Assembly: GCA_031835245.2 (NCBI GenBank)
Contig: JAVKOQ020000105.1
Coordinates: forward strand, 62,001 to 126,000
DNA: 64,000 bases
Origin: Balamuthia mandrillaris
Lineage: Eukaryota
Reading direction: 5' to 3'
Shown: positions 50,543-62,780 of the stretch, one piece after another
Position numbering within the stretch: the first letter of the stretch is position 1
How the letters are laid out: each line of letters opens with the position of its first letter
The notes under the pieces: generated by a model
What the model was told of the DNA's origin: nothing
What the model saw: the letters and a program-made list of their open reading frames with translations, nothing else
Databases searched by the model: none
Made by a program: the position numbers and the translations under genes

Positions 50543-51476
50543 ATTTTTTTTGTGTGGTAAAAGATGTGTTTGGCTCGGAGTTCTACATGAATGAAGATTT
50601 TCAAGTTTTCGTTAGAGAAAGAGGATCCTTGTTTTTTTTTTTGTTCCTTTTTTCTTCCTTGTTCCTCGTGATCGGCGCCTCCAGTAAATAATAATAAATG
50701 GGCAAAACAAAACAAATAAACAAATAAAGAAAGAAAGGAAAGCACTGAAGGAGCCATTTTTTTGAGGAATGAGCTTCTGGAGATGCCAAAAATTTTGCAA
50801 AGGGCACAACCGCAGGATGAATGATATCATCGCAAGAATAGAAGAACCGCCATTTTTCGCGACGAAAATGGAACCAGGAAGGGAACGAGAGAGAGAGAGA
50901 GAGAGAAAATAATCTGTTTGTTTTAAAGTTACTATGCCTGGTGAATAGTGGGGGAGAAGCTTCGCGACTCAAGAAGGGTTAGCGGCCTTTCGTGTGTTGT
51001 GTTGTTGTTCTTTTTTTTGGGGGGAAGAAAGAAGAAGGAAAAAGGAAGCGGAAGAAGAAGAAGGAAAAAGAAAAGAACTGCCACAAAAAAAAATTATCCA
51101 ATCGAGGGTCCTTAACTCCCACCTTAAAACCTCGCCTTTCCGTTATGTCGACAAGAAGAATTTTTGTGGACATCTTTTTGTGTAGACTGGTTCTTGTCGA
51201 CACTAATTTTCCCCCAAAAAATGGAGGATATCGGCAAGCAGCGGAATACACGGTTGTGGAGCATCAGGACGTGCAAGCAAATCTTCATCTTTGAGGGTGG
51301 AAACGCGACTGGCAAAGTGGTCAAACGAGATGCCAAACTTTAAGCTTTGCAGAACGGCACCATCCTTTTCGTAAGCGCACATCCCAACACAGATCTGCAG
51401 AGGCCCTGATGGGCCGCAAACACACAACACAGGTTTGAATAGTTTGTCAGATATATTTTCAGTCAGAAGAACATTT

Positions 51477-52560
51477 TCAGTCGTGAGCAACTTCCATCGT
51501 TCCTTCCAGTTGGTCCAGCTGGGTGTAAAGAAAAAATGGAATCAGCACAAGCCACTTCAAAATCAGGAGAGAGAAGGAGGGAGAAGGCATACGTAAGGTT
51601 GTAAATCGGTTCCAGCCAACACGTGGAATGGCGTGTCAACGCCAACGATGCCGACGGACGTGTTTTGCCCTGTAAGACCTACTTCAGACGAGCCGAGAGT
51701 CTCGCTCAAAGCGTTCAGCCCATGCTTAATCAACTCTTCCAAAGAAGCTACAAATGACAAGATAACCGGGTAAGACTTTGCTAATAATAAGCGAGTGGGA
51801 TGGGAGGAGGTTCAAACCATCCTCGAACTGCTCGAACTTCTTCTCGAGGTAAGTTTTGGCAGACTGGGAGCGTGCGCCAATGGCCATTGCCTTGTAGTCA
51901 AAATAGTTGCCAGAGGGGCATGTTTCATACAGATGCGCGCCAGTTTGCTGTTTTGTTGGAGGAAGGGAGAGGACGAAGAACAAGACCAACGAATAAGTGA
52001 GTACAACATAGAGAAAAACGCACAAAGGAAAAACGTACGTCGTAGCCAGCTACCAAAAGGCCAACACCGTAGGGACGACGACCATACTGCTGTGTGTTCT
52101 TTTGCGACTCTAATTTTATCGAAAAAACGGGAGTGAGCAACGAGAGAGTGTGTGAGAGTGTGAGAGAAAGTGTGTGAATTGGAAAAACAAACAAATAAAG
52201 GGAAGGAGAGGTCGTACTGTCAGCTACACGCAGAACAAGACGATTAGTTTGCATGGGAGAGCTGTAGAGATATTTGTGGTTGAGGCACTCTGTCCTCATG
52301 AACTTGCAGAGCACACGCGCGTCAGAGGTCAAGCCAGCAATAGCGATGCCCACGTGCTCGTCAATCTTAAAGATCTTCTGTTGGTAGGAGGCCAATTCGC
52401 CAGAGGAGCGCTTGAGCGTGACAACCACAGCGTGCGTCTTGGATTTGAGGCCCACGCAGGCGCTGCCCTGCTTCACAGCCTCCATGGCGTACTCGATCTG
52501 ATGGAGACGGCCCTGAGGGGACCAAATGGTGATGTCACCGTCATACTGGTTGCGAAACAT
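51477..52560 (-). CDS. PSMA1: 20S proteasome subunit alpha type-1 (alpha6)
   Basis: [39 protein letters not shown] and [14 protein letters not shown]. Four introns. Confidence 0.96.
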
Positions 52561-53015
52561 TTTTCTTTTTGTTATAACCAAAAAAAAAGGGGGGTGCTTT
52601 GCTTTTTTGATTCTTTGTGATTGCTACGCAATTGGTGGTGGTAGCTCTCTCCCTCTCTTTGTTATTTTTTTCTTTTCACGAACCTCTCTCTCACTTTCTT
52701 TTGCCGCAACAAGCTTTTTTTTTGCGGACACCAGCACCGAAATACGTGGTGGTGTCCGCAAGAATTTGACAAAAAAAAAAGCGGTACCTGCTTCCCTGTG
52801 GGATCGAACCGGGGGCCTTCAACCCGCTTTAGCCCTTTTTCCAGTAAATTGGCCTAAACGATAATTAACAGCGAAAACTATCGATAATTACCTATATTTG
52901 ATGTTTCTTTTTATTCATCTGAACGACCAGAAGAAAACAGAAGAAGGAGCGTTACCAAAGTTCATCGGTTGTGCACCCAACGAAAAAATAGGACACCCCT
53001 CTCGTCTTTGAAAGC

Positions 53016-53599
53016 ATGGGAAATGTGTGTGGCGTGGAGGTCAAGAAAGAAAAGATATTTGGATGGGACATGATCCACTCCCTGCCGGAGCAAACGCCCA
53101 TGTGGCCCTACCGGTTGCTCTTCACGGCTTTCTTCATCCTTGCCATGGCTTTGCTTCTAGAAGTCATTTGCGTGGTTTTGCTGTTCGGATTGGGACAAGT
53201 CAATGGTTTTATTACTTTCTATGCTTCTGCTTCTGCTTCTGCTTATGATCGCAAACCATAACAGGGTCGTTGGTGTTCATGCTGGGCATATGTATTGGTA
53301 TTATTATGCTATTAATGGGGGTGTGGTGGGCCACCAACAGCTACCGTCAAAGAATACCTGTCTTTAGCGATGCTTTCTTTGTCTGCTTCATCATTACGGT
53401 ATTTCCTCTTCTTTTCACTTTTGCTCTGTCCCCTTTTTTTTTAGCTTTGCATATTTGTCGTTGCTGTCTTTGTCCTGCTTTGTCCTGCTTTGCTGTTTCT
53501 TTCATTATGCTTTGTCGCTTCTTTTTGTTCTTGGCCATTCTTCTGTGTTCTGTGTTTGCTTCTCTCTTCTTTCTTGTCGTTTCTTGTCGTTTCTTTCTT

Positions 53600-53641
<42 letters not shown>

Positions 53642-53669
53642 ATCTCTATCTCCCCGATAACTTCTTTCT

Positions 53670-53711
<42 letters not shown>

Positions 53712-55153
53712 CTCTCTTCTCTTATCCTCCTTCAAACTGCTCCTTCTACTAACTACTTGTGGTTTCACTACTAGGTGCTAAGTTTGTGGTTAGTATATAC
53801 TGGTGTATGGATGGCTTCCACCAATGTTGCCCATCTACGGATCGAATTCACTGATGAGGTTTATGATGCCTCTCCTTCTGATGGTATTATGTTCAACCTT
53901 CTTCTCATTTTGTTGTTTATTTGTGTTTTGGTCATGTTGTCTCTTATTTTCGGTGTTGAACATTCCACTGGAGGGATGAACTTTGACATTCTTTGTTTTC
54001 GTTTCATCTCATTATTATCACTGTAGTGCTGCGGTATGAGGACGCGGGAGTATTTCACTGGACCAAGGGCTACATACTCACTCAATTTACTGGGGAGAAG
54101 TACGACTTGTACACGCTCACATACTATTGCGCATGGCCATTAACAGAATTAAACTGGACGACCACTGTCTCCTCTGAAGTTGGTGAAATAGTACGCGTTG
54201 ATCTCCTTTCTTGCTCGACACTTTGCGATGTACTAAAATACGAATCCACAATCAGATTCCAGCGGTCGTCGTGTGCAGCTCCACTTACAGGTTTGTACAT
54301 TCTCTCTCTCTCTCTCTCTCTCTCTGATTTTTGGTAAATATATCTGCACAGCTGCACATCAGGCTACAGTGGTTGCTCGGAGATTCACGTGAGCCGTTCC
54401 ATGCAGAGCGTGCCACGTGCAGGTGTGTATTATGATATATTCCCACAAGACAACCCTCGTAGAAAGTACATACTGGCCAAAGACCGCCTGATGAACGGCT
54501 ATCCCGGTCTCACTTTCTCTGATGACTATCGCATGTTCGAAGTCTACACCGAAGACGATCTGGAAGAAAAACGGTATGCTCGTAGCTATTCTCTTCTTGC
54601 GTTATGTCTTTTGTTTCCATCTTTCTAACAATGGGCATAGCGATGAGGTGGAGACGATGTTTGTGGGCTTAGCAGTGGCAGGGCACTTGGCCTTGTTCAT
54701 TGGAGTCGTATTCATAACGGCGGCGTACCTGAGGTACAATTATTACGAGTGCGACTGGAGCTGCAGCAAGCTCAGCTTTGAGGTTCGGTCCACCGGAACG
54801 TACGCCAAGACCATTCCTCTTCAAGCGTTGGGCAAACGCAGAAAGGTGGATTGCATCTGGAGCATCTACAACAACAGGGATGGGCCGCCGTCCTTCCTTC
54901 ACGCTTTGCCACCTGAAGTCATGATGCTGGTTTCAAACTTTTCGCTTGGCATGGACACTTCAGCTTATCAGGGTATATCCACTCTGTTCCTCTCTTCTCC
55001 TCCCCTCCTCCTCCGCTCTGCTTCTCACTTCTCTCCTCTCGTCGTCTTCTCCCCCTCGTTCTTCTGTTGCAATGGCCAGGGGAACAAGGCAACAGCAATT
55101 GGGGACGCCACTCCAGAAGCAGCAGTGCCAGCTCGTATTCATCAGAGGACTAA
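53016..55153 (+). CDS. Hypothetical multi-pass membrane protein, about 8 exons
   Basis: GT-AG introns join into a continuous frame with three N-terminal TM segments, a Cys-containing loop and a fourth TM. The MGNVC start is compatible with acylation. Confidence 0.6.
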
Positions 55154-55482
55154 AAGGAGAAAAAAAAACAAAAATAAATAAATAAAAGAAACGAAAAAGA
55201 ATGTTAAATGTTGTCAACATAATAACCTTTTTCAGGGAAGAGGCGTCCGCTAAACCCCGTTTTGACCATAACGTAACGAACGGCTCGTGGTCAACTGCGG
55301 TTGTTGCTGCTGCTGGTCGCCAGAGTTTCTTGTGGTTGATTAGTTCGGCCATCGTGCATGCAAGAGTCTGAAGGTGAGTTTGAACAAAAATAATATTAGA
55401 GTGGTTGCACATGGACTGTGAAGGTGAGTGTTTACTATAATATAACCCAGAAAGAAGAAGAAGAACAAGACGATAACAACAC

Positions 55483-56990
55483 ATGGAAGGAGAAGGTCTC
55501 TCGTCGTTGTTGCCTGTTTGTTATTCTTTCGGTTTGCGGCTCGGCTGAACTACTTTTTTTTTATTTGGGTGGTAGGGCTGTTAGTACGAAGGCCGCTGAG
55601 CGCCTTTAACAACAGCAGCAACGACGACAAGGTTGACAATGATGCCAAGACGACGAGCCCTCCTCGCTTGCGCAGGCAGACCAGCACCTCTCGGCTTCGC
55701 GTGCGAAAGCCGCTAAACGCAGCCGCCGCTTCGGGCAGCAACAGCGAGGACAGCAGCTCTGATGATGAGATCGACGAGTTGGAAGACCTGGTCTTCTTCT
55801 CTTCTTCGCCTCCTTCCTCGCCACCTCTTCGTTGCCGAACGCCGCCTGCTGACCTCGACTTAAATCACTATGCCTTCAACGCGCCCAAGATGAGCATGAT
55901 GCAAACGGCCAGTGTCACCAGCCTCAAAGTCAACAAGCCTCTTCGTGCCCTTCCCAACGCCTTTGTTGATGTTGGAGGAGGGCCACAGCAAGAAGACGAG
56001 GAACAGCTCGACATTCCTTTGATGGCGCTGTCTTCGATGAATTCGATCCGTCCAGACGTTCGTGCGAGAAAGCCTCTTCGCTCTGCCGCATTCTCTGTAA
56101 CACCTTCAGCAGCATCAGCGTCAGCCATTGCTTCTGTTTCTTCTTTCCTTCCCTCCTCCTCCTCGAGGGGGTTGTTGTCGATGTACGGCATAACGCCACT
56201 TGCTGCCAAGGTTCGCCTATCCTTTCCTTTCTCCCTCCCAGAGAGTTGCTGGTTGAGAGGGATGCCTATATGAACGAATGTTTACATTTGTTGTCGTTGT
56301 TGGACAGCTAACGCGAAAGGACGGTTCCTCGTTGGAAGTTCCAGACTTGTGTGTACATTATTCGGCTAGTTTGCCTTCTCTTGAATTAGGTACATTCTCT
56401 CTCTCTCTCTCTCTCTCTCTCTTTGTACTGTGTTCTCTTTGTAGTTCTCTTCCCTGCTCTCCTGACCATGAACCAACGTACAACAGATTTTGAAAAGCTG
56501 TTAGGTATTGAACAAAACGAGCAATGGGCAGATGACCAAGAAGTCATGATGCTAGCTTCTGTACTGACCACCCAGCAAATAGAGTATGAGTTGCAAAAGC
56601 TTCGCAGTCTCTACGAGGTACGCTGGCTACGCTCTCGTTCTCTCTTACACATTACCGCTTACCAAGTATGCCAGAATAAATATATCAGTTTGGAGGAAGC
56701 GGTAAGAAGGTCAGCTGTCTTTGTGAAGGCGTTGAAAGCGAAGCCACAACCGAAGCGAGCAGCTCTCACTGTTGACAAGTTTTTGAAGTCGCGACTCTGG
56801 TTTGTATTCTCCATTTGTTTGTTTGTTTGTTTGTTTGTTTGTTTGTTTGTTTGTTTGTTTGTTTGTTTGTTTGTTTGTTTGTTTGTTTGTTTGTTTGTTT
56901 GTTTGTTTGTTTGTTTGTTTGTTTGTTTGTTTGTTTGTTTGTTTGTTTGTTTGTTTGTTTGTTTGTTTGTTTGTTTGTTTGTTTGTTTGT

Positions 56991-57027
<37 letters not shown>

Positions 57028-57524
57028 CTCTCGCTCTGCCATTGCGTTGATCTCTATCTATTATGCAGTATTGAGCCCATTGGCTTAGAAAGAAACAATG
57101 ATGAAGGGGGAAGCGGCGAAGTTGTGAGAGGTGCGTTGGACACGTCTCTCACCCGGAACAGAGCGCCCATTGCAAGCCACGCTCAGAACAGAAATGTTCG
57201 CGTTTTCATATCTTCTACATTCAGGTTTGCTTGTTTTTTTATTTTGGGTGTTGTGAAGTATTTCTTTGCATAACCAACCTTCTGTTCTCGTATCTTCACA
57301 ACAGGGACATGACGGACGAACGGGAGCATTTAGTGAAGTTCACATTCCCAAAGTTGCGAAAGTTTTGCAGCGAGAGAGGAGTATTCCTCACTCAAGTGGA
57401 TCTGCGTTGGGGCATTACCACGGAGCAATCAAAAGCTGGAGACACCATCAACATTTGTTTGAGCGAAATCGATCGCTGCAGACCTTATTTCGTTTGCATG
57501 CTGGTACACATTTGTTACAGTTGC

Positions 57525-57577
<53 letters not shown>

Positions 57578-59086
57578 CTTCTTGCTTCTTGTTCTTCTTT
57601 TTCTTCTTGTCTAAACGAATGATTTGCTTTCGTTTACAAAAGGGTGATCGGTATGGTTGGGCGCAACCCAGAGATGGCTCTAAAGAAGACGAATTGCTAG
57701 CTCTTACATTCAAACGAGCGGAAAGCAAGTTCCCGTGGATACATGCCTACTACGATCGCAGCATTACAGAGCTGGAAGTGCGGCACGCGGTGCTCAACGA
57801 TCCTTCCGAAAGCACTCTTAAGCATTCGTTGTTTTACTTTAGGCAACCTTTGTCTCGTCCTTCGGCTTCTGCCTCTTCCTACAATGTTTCATTGGAAAGT
57901 AATACAAGTCGCTCACTTGACCCGCAAGAGTCACTCAAGGTTATTCTTTTTCGCTTCTCTCTTCTATTGTTGGAAATTAATTGTAGTTTTTTTTTTTGCC
58001 ACTCTGTTACATAGGCAGAGATAAAGTCAATCGGCGCACAAGTAAAAGAATATAGAGAACCCTCCCAATTGGGAGAATGCATTCTTGAACAGTTGCAACA
58101 AGTTATAGAGCACGATTTCCCGCTCTCTAGCATGCCAACAGCTCTTCAAAAAGAGGCTCTTGCACACGAAGGTAACCTTCTTTTTTCCCTGTTTTCAGTT
58201 GTCACAACCACTCACGCGAAGAAACACTTAATCTTGTGGAACATTTACAGCGTTTGCATCTATAAGAGCAAGAGTGTACATAGGAAGGCAGTATTACTTT
58301 GACTGCATCAATGAACATTTCGCGCAGCACAACACTGCTGGCAAACCCCTGGTTGTCGTAGGCGAGAGTGGCTCTGGCAAGTCCTCTCTCGTCTGCAACT
58401 GGACGTTCCAGCACAAGGCCAGCCATCCCGACCAACTCATCATTGCCCATTACATTGGAAGTACCTCTGCCAGCACGGATCTTGCACGGTATTTGTTCTT
58501 CAATCTTGCTTCTTGTCATATTGTTCCCCTGATGCAGAACTCTGTCGTCCGTTTTTAGAATGTTGGTGCGTATCATGACAGAGATAAAGGAGCATTTCCA
58601 GGTGAAGAAAGATATTCCTAGTGATTTGAAGGAAATGACCAAAGCGCTCGCTGAGTGGATTGGAGAAGCTGCTTCTCGTGGTGGTTTTACCCTTGTACTT
58701 GATGCTCTAAACCAGCTGGAGGTTTGTTCTCGCTTCTCTCTCTTTTAGGGATATTGATCACGGTGTGTTGCTGCTATTACTATTACCATAGGATAGAGAA
58801 GGAGCACACAAACTAGAGTGGTTGCCCAGAGAATTTCCCAACAACGTTAAAGTACTAATATCAACCTTGCCAGGCAGTTGTCTGACGGCAACAGAAAGCA
58901 GAGGTTGGCCTACTTTGCGTGTCCAGCCTCTTACCAAAGCGGAAAGAAGAGTGCTTATCGCAGAATACATGAAGCAATATGCCAAAACTTTGACTTCGCA
59001 ACAAATAGACCTCGTCATGGCTGCCCCACAGACCACCAATCCACTCTTTTTACGTACTCTTCTCGAAGAGATTCGAGTATTTGGAG

Positions 59087-59129
<43 letters not shown>

Positions 59130-61239
59130 GGAGAGCAACGGTTAACGAGTTTATCTAATCGACAATTCTCTTTTGCTTGGTTGGTAGTGTTTGAAGAGTT
59201 GGACAGACACATAGAGCATTATCTCACCGCCAAAGATCCTCCTGCGCTATTCGAACTTGTGTTCTCCAGAGTGGAAGCTGACATGCAGCAACAGCAGAAC
59301 GGGCATTCCACCTTTGATCCTGTAGGTGATGCCCTGGCGTTGCTGTGGGTATCAAGGCGGGGACTTTCTGAGAACGAATTGGTGGAGGCATTGGCCATAT
59401 CGCCTTCCCTTTGGTCCCGTCTTCACATTGCCTTTGAGGAAGCGTTGGTGGATCGTTCAGGCATGCTCACCTTCTTCCATGATTACATGAGGCAAGCGGT
59501 GGAAAGGCGATATCTTAAACGTACCCCACAAAACTACAACAAGTACAGGCAACGCATCGTGAGCTACTTCTCGGGACTGCAGGGCAAGGAGTTCGCACAA
59601 AGGAAGAGTGAGGAGGTGCCTCACCAATTGTTTGAGATGGAAGAGTGGAGGGCGTTGGGAGAGTGCATTACCGACATCGACATGTTCCTCACTCTCTTTG
59701 AGGATGAACACAAGTTTGATCTTTATCGATACTGGCAAGCCGTACAAAAGCAGAAATCCACATCTGCTCAAAGCCCTGAAGACCTGCTGCTTGCGAAGCT
59801 ACGCCTTTACCAAGCAACTAAGACCAAGAAGATGGAAGCCAAATCATCATCTTCACCCTCACCGCCATCGGCATCGAAGAAGTTGGTCCGTGTGCTGAGC
59901 AAAGCGGCCAAGTTCCTGGAGGATATGGCTGCCTACGACAACGCAGAGTTACTCTACCGACAAGCCCTGCAAATGGCAACAGAGGCACAACAGGCTGAAT
60001 CAGGCTCGCAAGAGCAAGCCGAGCAGAAGGCGGCTGCCTTGGACTCGTTGGCTTACCTGCTGCGCCTTCGCGGCAAATACACGGAAGCAGCCCCTCTGTA
60101 TCAGCAAGCCGTTGCTTTACGAGAGAAGATTCTTGGCAAGGAGCATCCCGACCTCGCTCAGTCCATCAACAGCTTAGCCATCCTTTATAGGCACCAAGGC
60201 AAGTATAAAGACGCAGAACCGCTCTACCAAAGGGCTCTGGAGATACGGAAGAAGGCCTTTGGCGAGACACACGTTGAAGTCGCGCAATCCTACAACAGTC
60301 TTGGCTGCTTGAATCAAGACATGGGTCGCTATGAAGTGGCGGAGGCCCATTTCCAACGGGCCATCGCTTTACGGGAACAATTATGTGGCCCCAACCACCC
60401 TGATGTGGCCATGAGTATCACGTACGTTCTATTCTCTGCTCACCTTTGTGGTCATGGTACTCACTCTTTAGGGACTGCAGCAATCTGGCTGGTTTGTATC
60501 TGGACCAAAACAGATATGCTGAAGCTGCACCGTTGTACAAACGCGGCCTTGCCATCTACGAAGGCGTCTTTGGCTCAGGCCATCCCTCTGTTGCTCAAAC
60601 CCTTAACGCCATGGCCGCCGCTGCTCAAGAACAAGTTATTACTGCTGCCCTCTTCTCTTCTCCTCTCCTCTCTTCTCTTCTCTTCTCTTGGTCTTTTTCT
60701 TGCTAACTTCCTGTTCTAGGGCAACTACGATGAGGCTATAAGGCTCTATACCAGAACACTGGAGATAAAGGAGAAAGTGTTGGGGGCTATGCACCCTGAG
60801 TTGGCGCTCACCCTCAACGACTTTGCAGTCCTCTACGCTCGCCTGGACCGCTTGGCAGAGGCAGCACCTCTTTACGAAAGAGCATTGGCCATTCGTGATG
60901 CTGTCCTTGGCAAAAACCATCCCGACTATGCTCAGTCCTTGAGTTTGCTATCCCCTCCTTCTACTCTGGGCAACATATTCAACATGTTTTTCTTACTTCT
61001 CTCGTTATGCAGACAATCTTGGATCGCTCTATCAAGATATGGGACGTTACAATGACGCTCTTCCGATGTTCCAAGAAGCATTGCGCATATGCGAACGTGC
61101 CTTTGGTAGAGAGCACATGGACGTGGCTGGTACCCTCACTAATATTGCTGGCCTTTACCAGTTCCTTAAAAGATATGAAGAGGCTCTACCTTTGTACACA
61201 AGAGCCTTACAAATCTATGAGGCAAGTTCTTCTTTTTCA

Positions 61240-61281
<42 letters not shown>

Positions 61282-61774
61282 TTCTCTCTTGATGGCATGC
61301 ATCAATGCTAACGTTTGTGTACAGAACTTGTTGGGAAGCAAACATGCTGATGTCGCCGTCGCACTGAATGATATCCTTTCTCCTTGTTCTTCTTTTTGTC
61401 TCTTCTTTCTTTCTTGCTTCTGTTATCTCGTCTCTATGCTACTTCTCGTGTACGTGTTCTTAACTACATTGATGAATGCACATTTGGCAGTGCTGTACTT
61501 CAACATGAAGAACTACGAGGAGGCGGAGAAGCGATACCAACGCGCCCTGGAGATCTACGAGGCAGTGGTGGGGCCGGGCCACCCGGACGTGGGCCAAGCC
61601 CTCTCCAACCTGGCCGAGTTCTACAAGGCGAGAGGGGAGGGGGGCACCAAGGCCTTGCCCCTCTTGGAGCGAGCCCACTCCATCTACGCCGCCGCGTTGG
61701 GCCCACAGCACGCCAGAACGGTGGCTGCAGCTCGCAGCGTGGCTCGTTTGAGGCAGCAGCGTAACCACCAGTGA
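55483..61774 (+). CDS. DUF4062-NACHT/AAA-TPR protein (NPHP3/TTC41-like architecture)
   Basis: DUF4062 motifs VRVFISSTFRDMTDERE, VDLRWGI, CLSEIDRCRPYF and SITELEV. P-loop VGESGSGKSS, LVLDALNQL, NPLFL and FFHDYMRQAV. Multiple 42-aa kinesin-light-chain-type TPRs (HPDLAQSINSLA). Confidence 0.9.
56815..57022. repeat. (GTTT)n grading into (GCTT)n intronic microsatellite
   Basis: Directly visible. Confidence 0.95.
61371..61481 (+). other. U12-type AT-AC intron
   Basis: 5' end ATATCCTTT, branch point GTTCTTAAC at 61456-61464 and 3' end CAC. Removal gives the TPR consensus ALNDLAVLY. Confidence 0.9.
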
Positions 61775-62012
61775 AGAATAAAACTAACAGAAGGGAAAAG
61801 GCTCTCTTCCTCCCTTTTTGTTTGTTTGTAACTTTGGTCATAAAGCTTAACAAAAAAAAAAACCTCTTTTGTTAAACCTCTATAATATACACAGAGAGAG
61901 AACGTTGTAGAAAAGAATAAGAAAAAAGAAAGAAAAAATAGCAAAAAAAAAAAGAAGAGAAGACAACTAGAAGAGCTAACATAACGACAGCGGCATCCGG
62001 CGGCCAGAGGGA

Positions 62013-62567
62013 ATGGAGTCGGACAGGGACTATGTGAAAGTGACAGAGGCAAAGCTGAGCGTGGAGGACGTGGTCCAGCGGGTGAGCGACGGCTCGGCGG
62101 GCGGGATAGCCACCTTCATCGGCACCACCAGGGACAACTTCGAGGGGAAGAAGGTGGTGAAGCTGGAGTACGAGGCCTACGTGCCCATGGCCGAGAAGCA
62201 AATGGTCAGGATCGCAGAGCAGCTCAGGGGGCGGTGGAGGGAGGTCGCCAAGGTCGGAATGGTGCACAGGATAGGGACGGTGCCGGTGGGGGAGGCCAGC
62301 GTCATCGTGGCCGTCTCCTCCACGCACCGCCAGGACTGCTTGGAGGCCGTGCACTGGGCCATCGACGAGCTCAAAGCGACGGTCCCCATCTGGAAGAAAG
62401 AGTACTACGAGGGCGGGGAGAGCAGCATTTGGAAGGAGAACAAGGAGTGCTTCTTTCACTCTCACAACCAACCTCAACAACCACCATCGCTTCAACCTCA
62501 CCAGCAGCATCATCGCCACCACCACCCCCCAGAGGAACACAGAGAGGTGGAGATCACCTCCACATGA
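62013..62567 (+). CDS. MOCS2: Molybdopterin synthase catalytic subunit (MoaE/MOCS2B), intronless
   Basis: Motifs GGIATFIGTTRDNF, LEYEAYVPMA, HRIGTVPVGEASV and IDELKATVPIWKKE. Confidence 0.95.
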   Translation: MESDRDYVKVTEAKLSVEDVVQRVSDGSAGGIATFIGTTRDNFEGKKVVKLEYEAYVPMAEKQMVRIAEQLRGRWREVAKVGMVHRIGTVPVGEASVIVAVSSTHRQDCLEAVHWAIDELKATVPIWKKEYYEGGESSIWKENKECFFHSHNQPQQPPSLQPHQQHHRHHHPPEEHREVEITST

Positions 62568-62780
62568 AGAACGTGGAAAGGGGGAGAAGGGGCAGACACC
62601 TCCCCCAGAGCTCCTCTCCCCTCTCTTCTGATCTTTGTTCGCTAGGTGAGTCCAGCTGAACAAAGTGTGTACATATGGAGAACGAATGTAGCTCAAGTGG
62701 TGCAAAGGATATGTCGACAATAAAGAAAACTCCAAACAAAAAAATATAAAAAAATAAAAGAAATAAAAAGAAAGAAAGGA

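Noticed and set aside
50990..51476. Short ORFs between the glycine-rich RRM gene and PSMA1
   Set aside because: No motifs; the region is better explained as the PSMA1 3' UTR and the promoter of the RRM gene.
61775..62012. MOCS2A upstream ORF, as in the bicistronic human MOCS2
   Set aside because: No ubiquitin-like ORF ending in Gly-Gly is present upstream.
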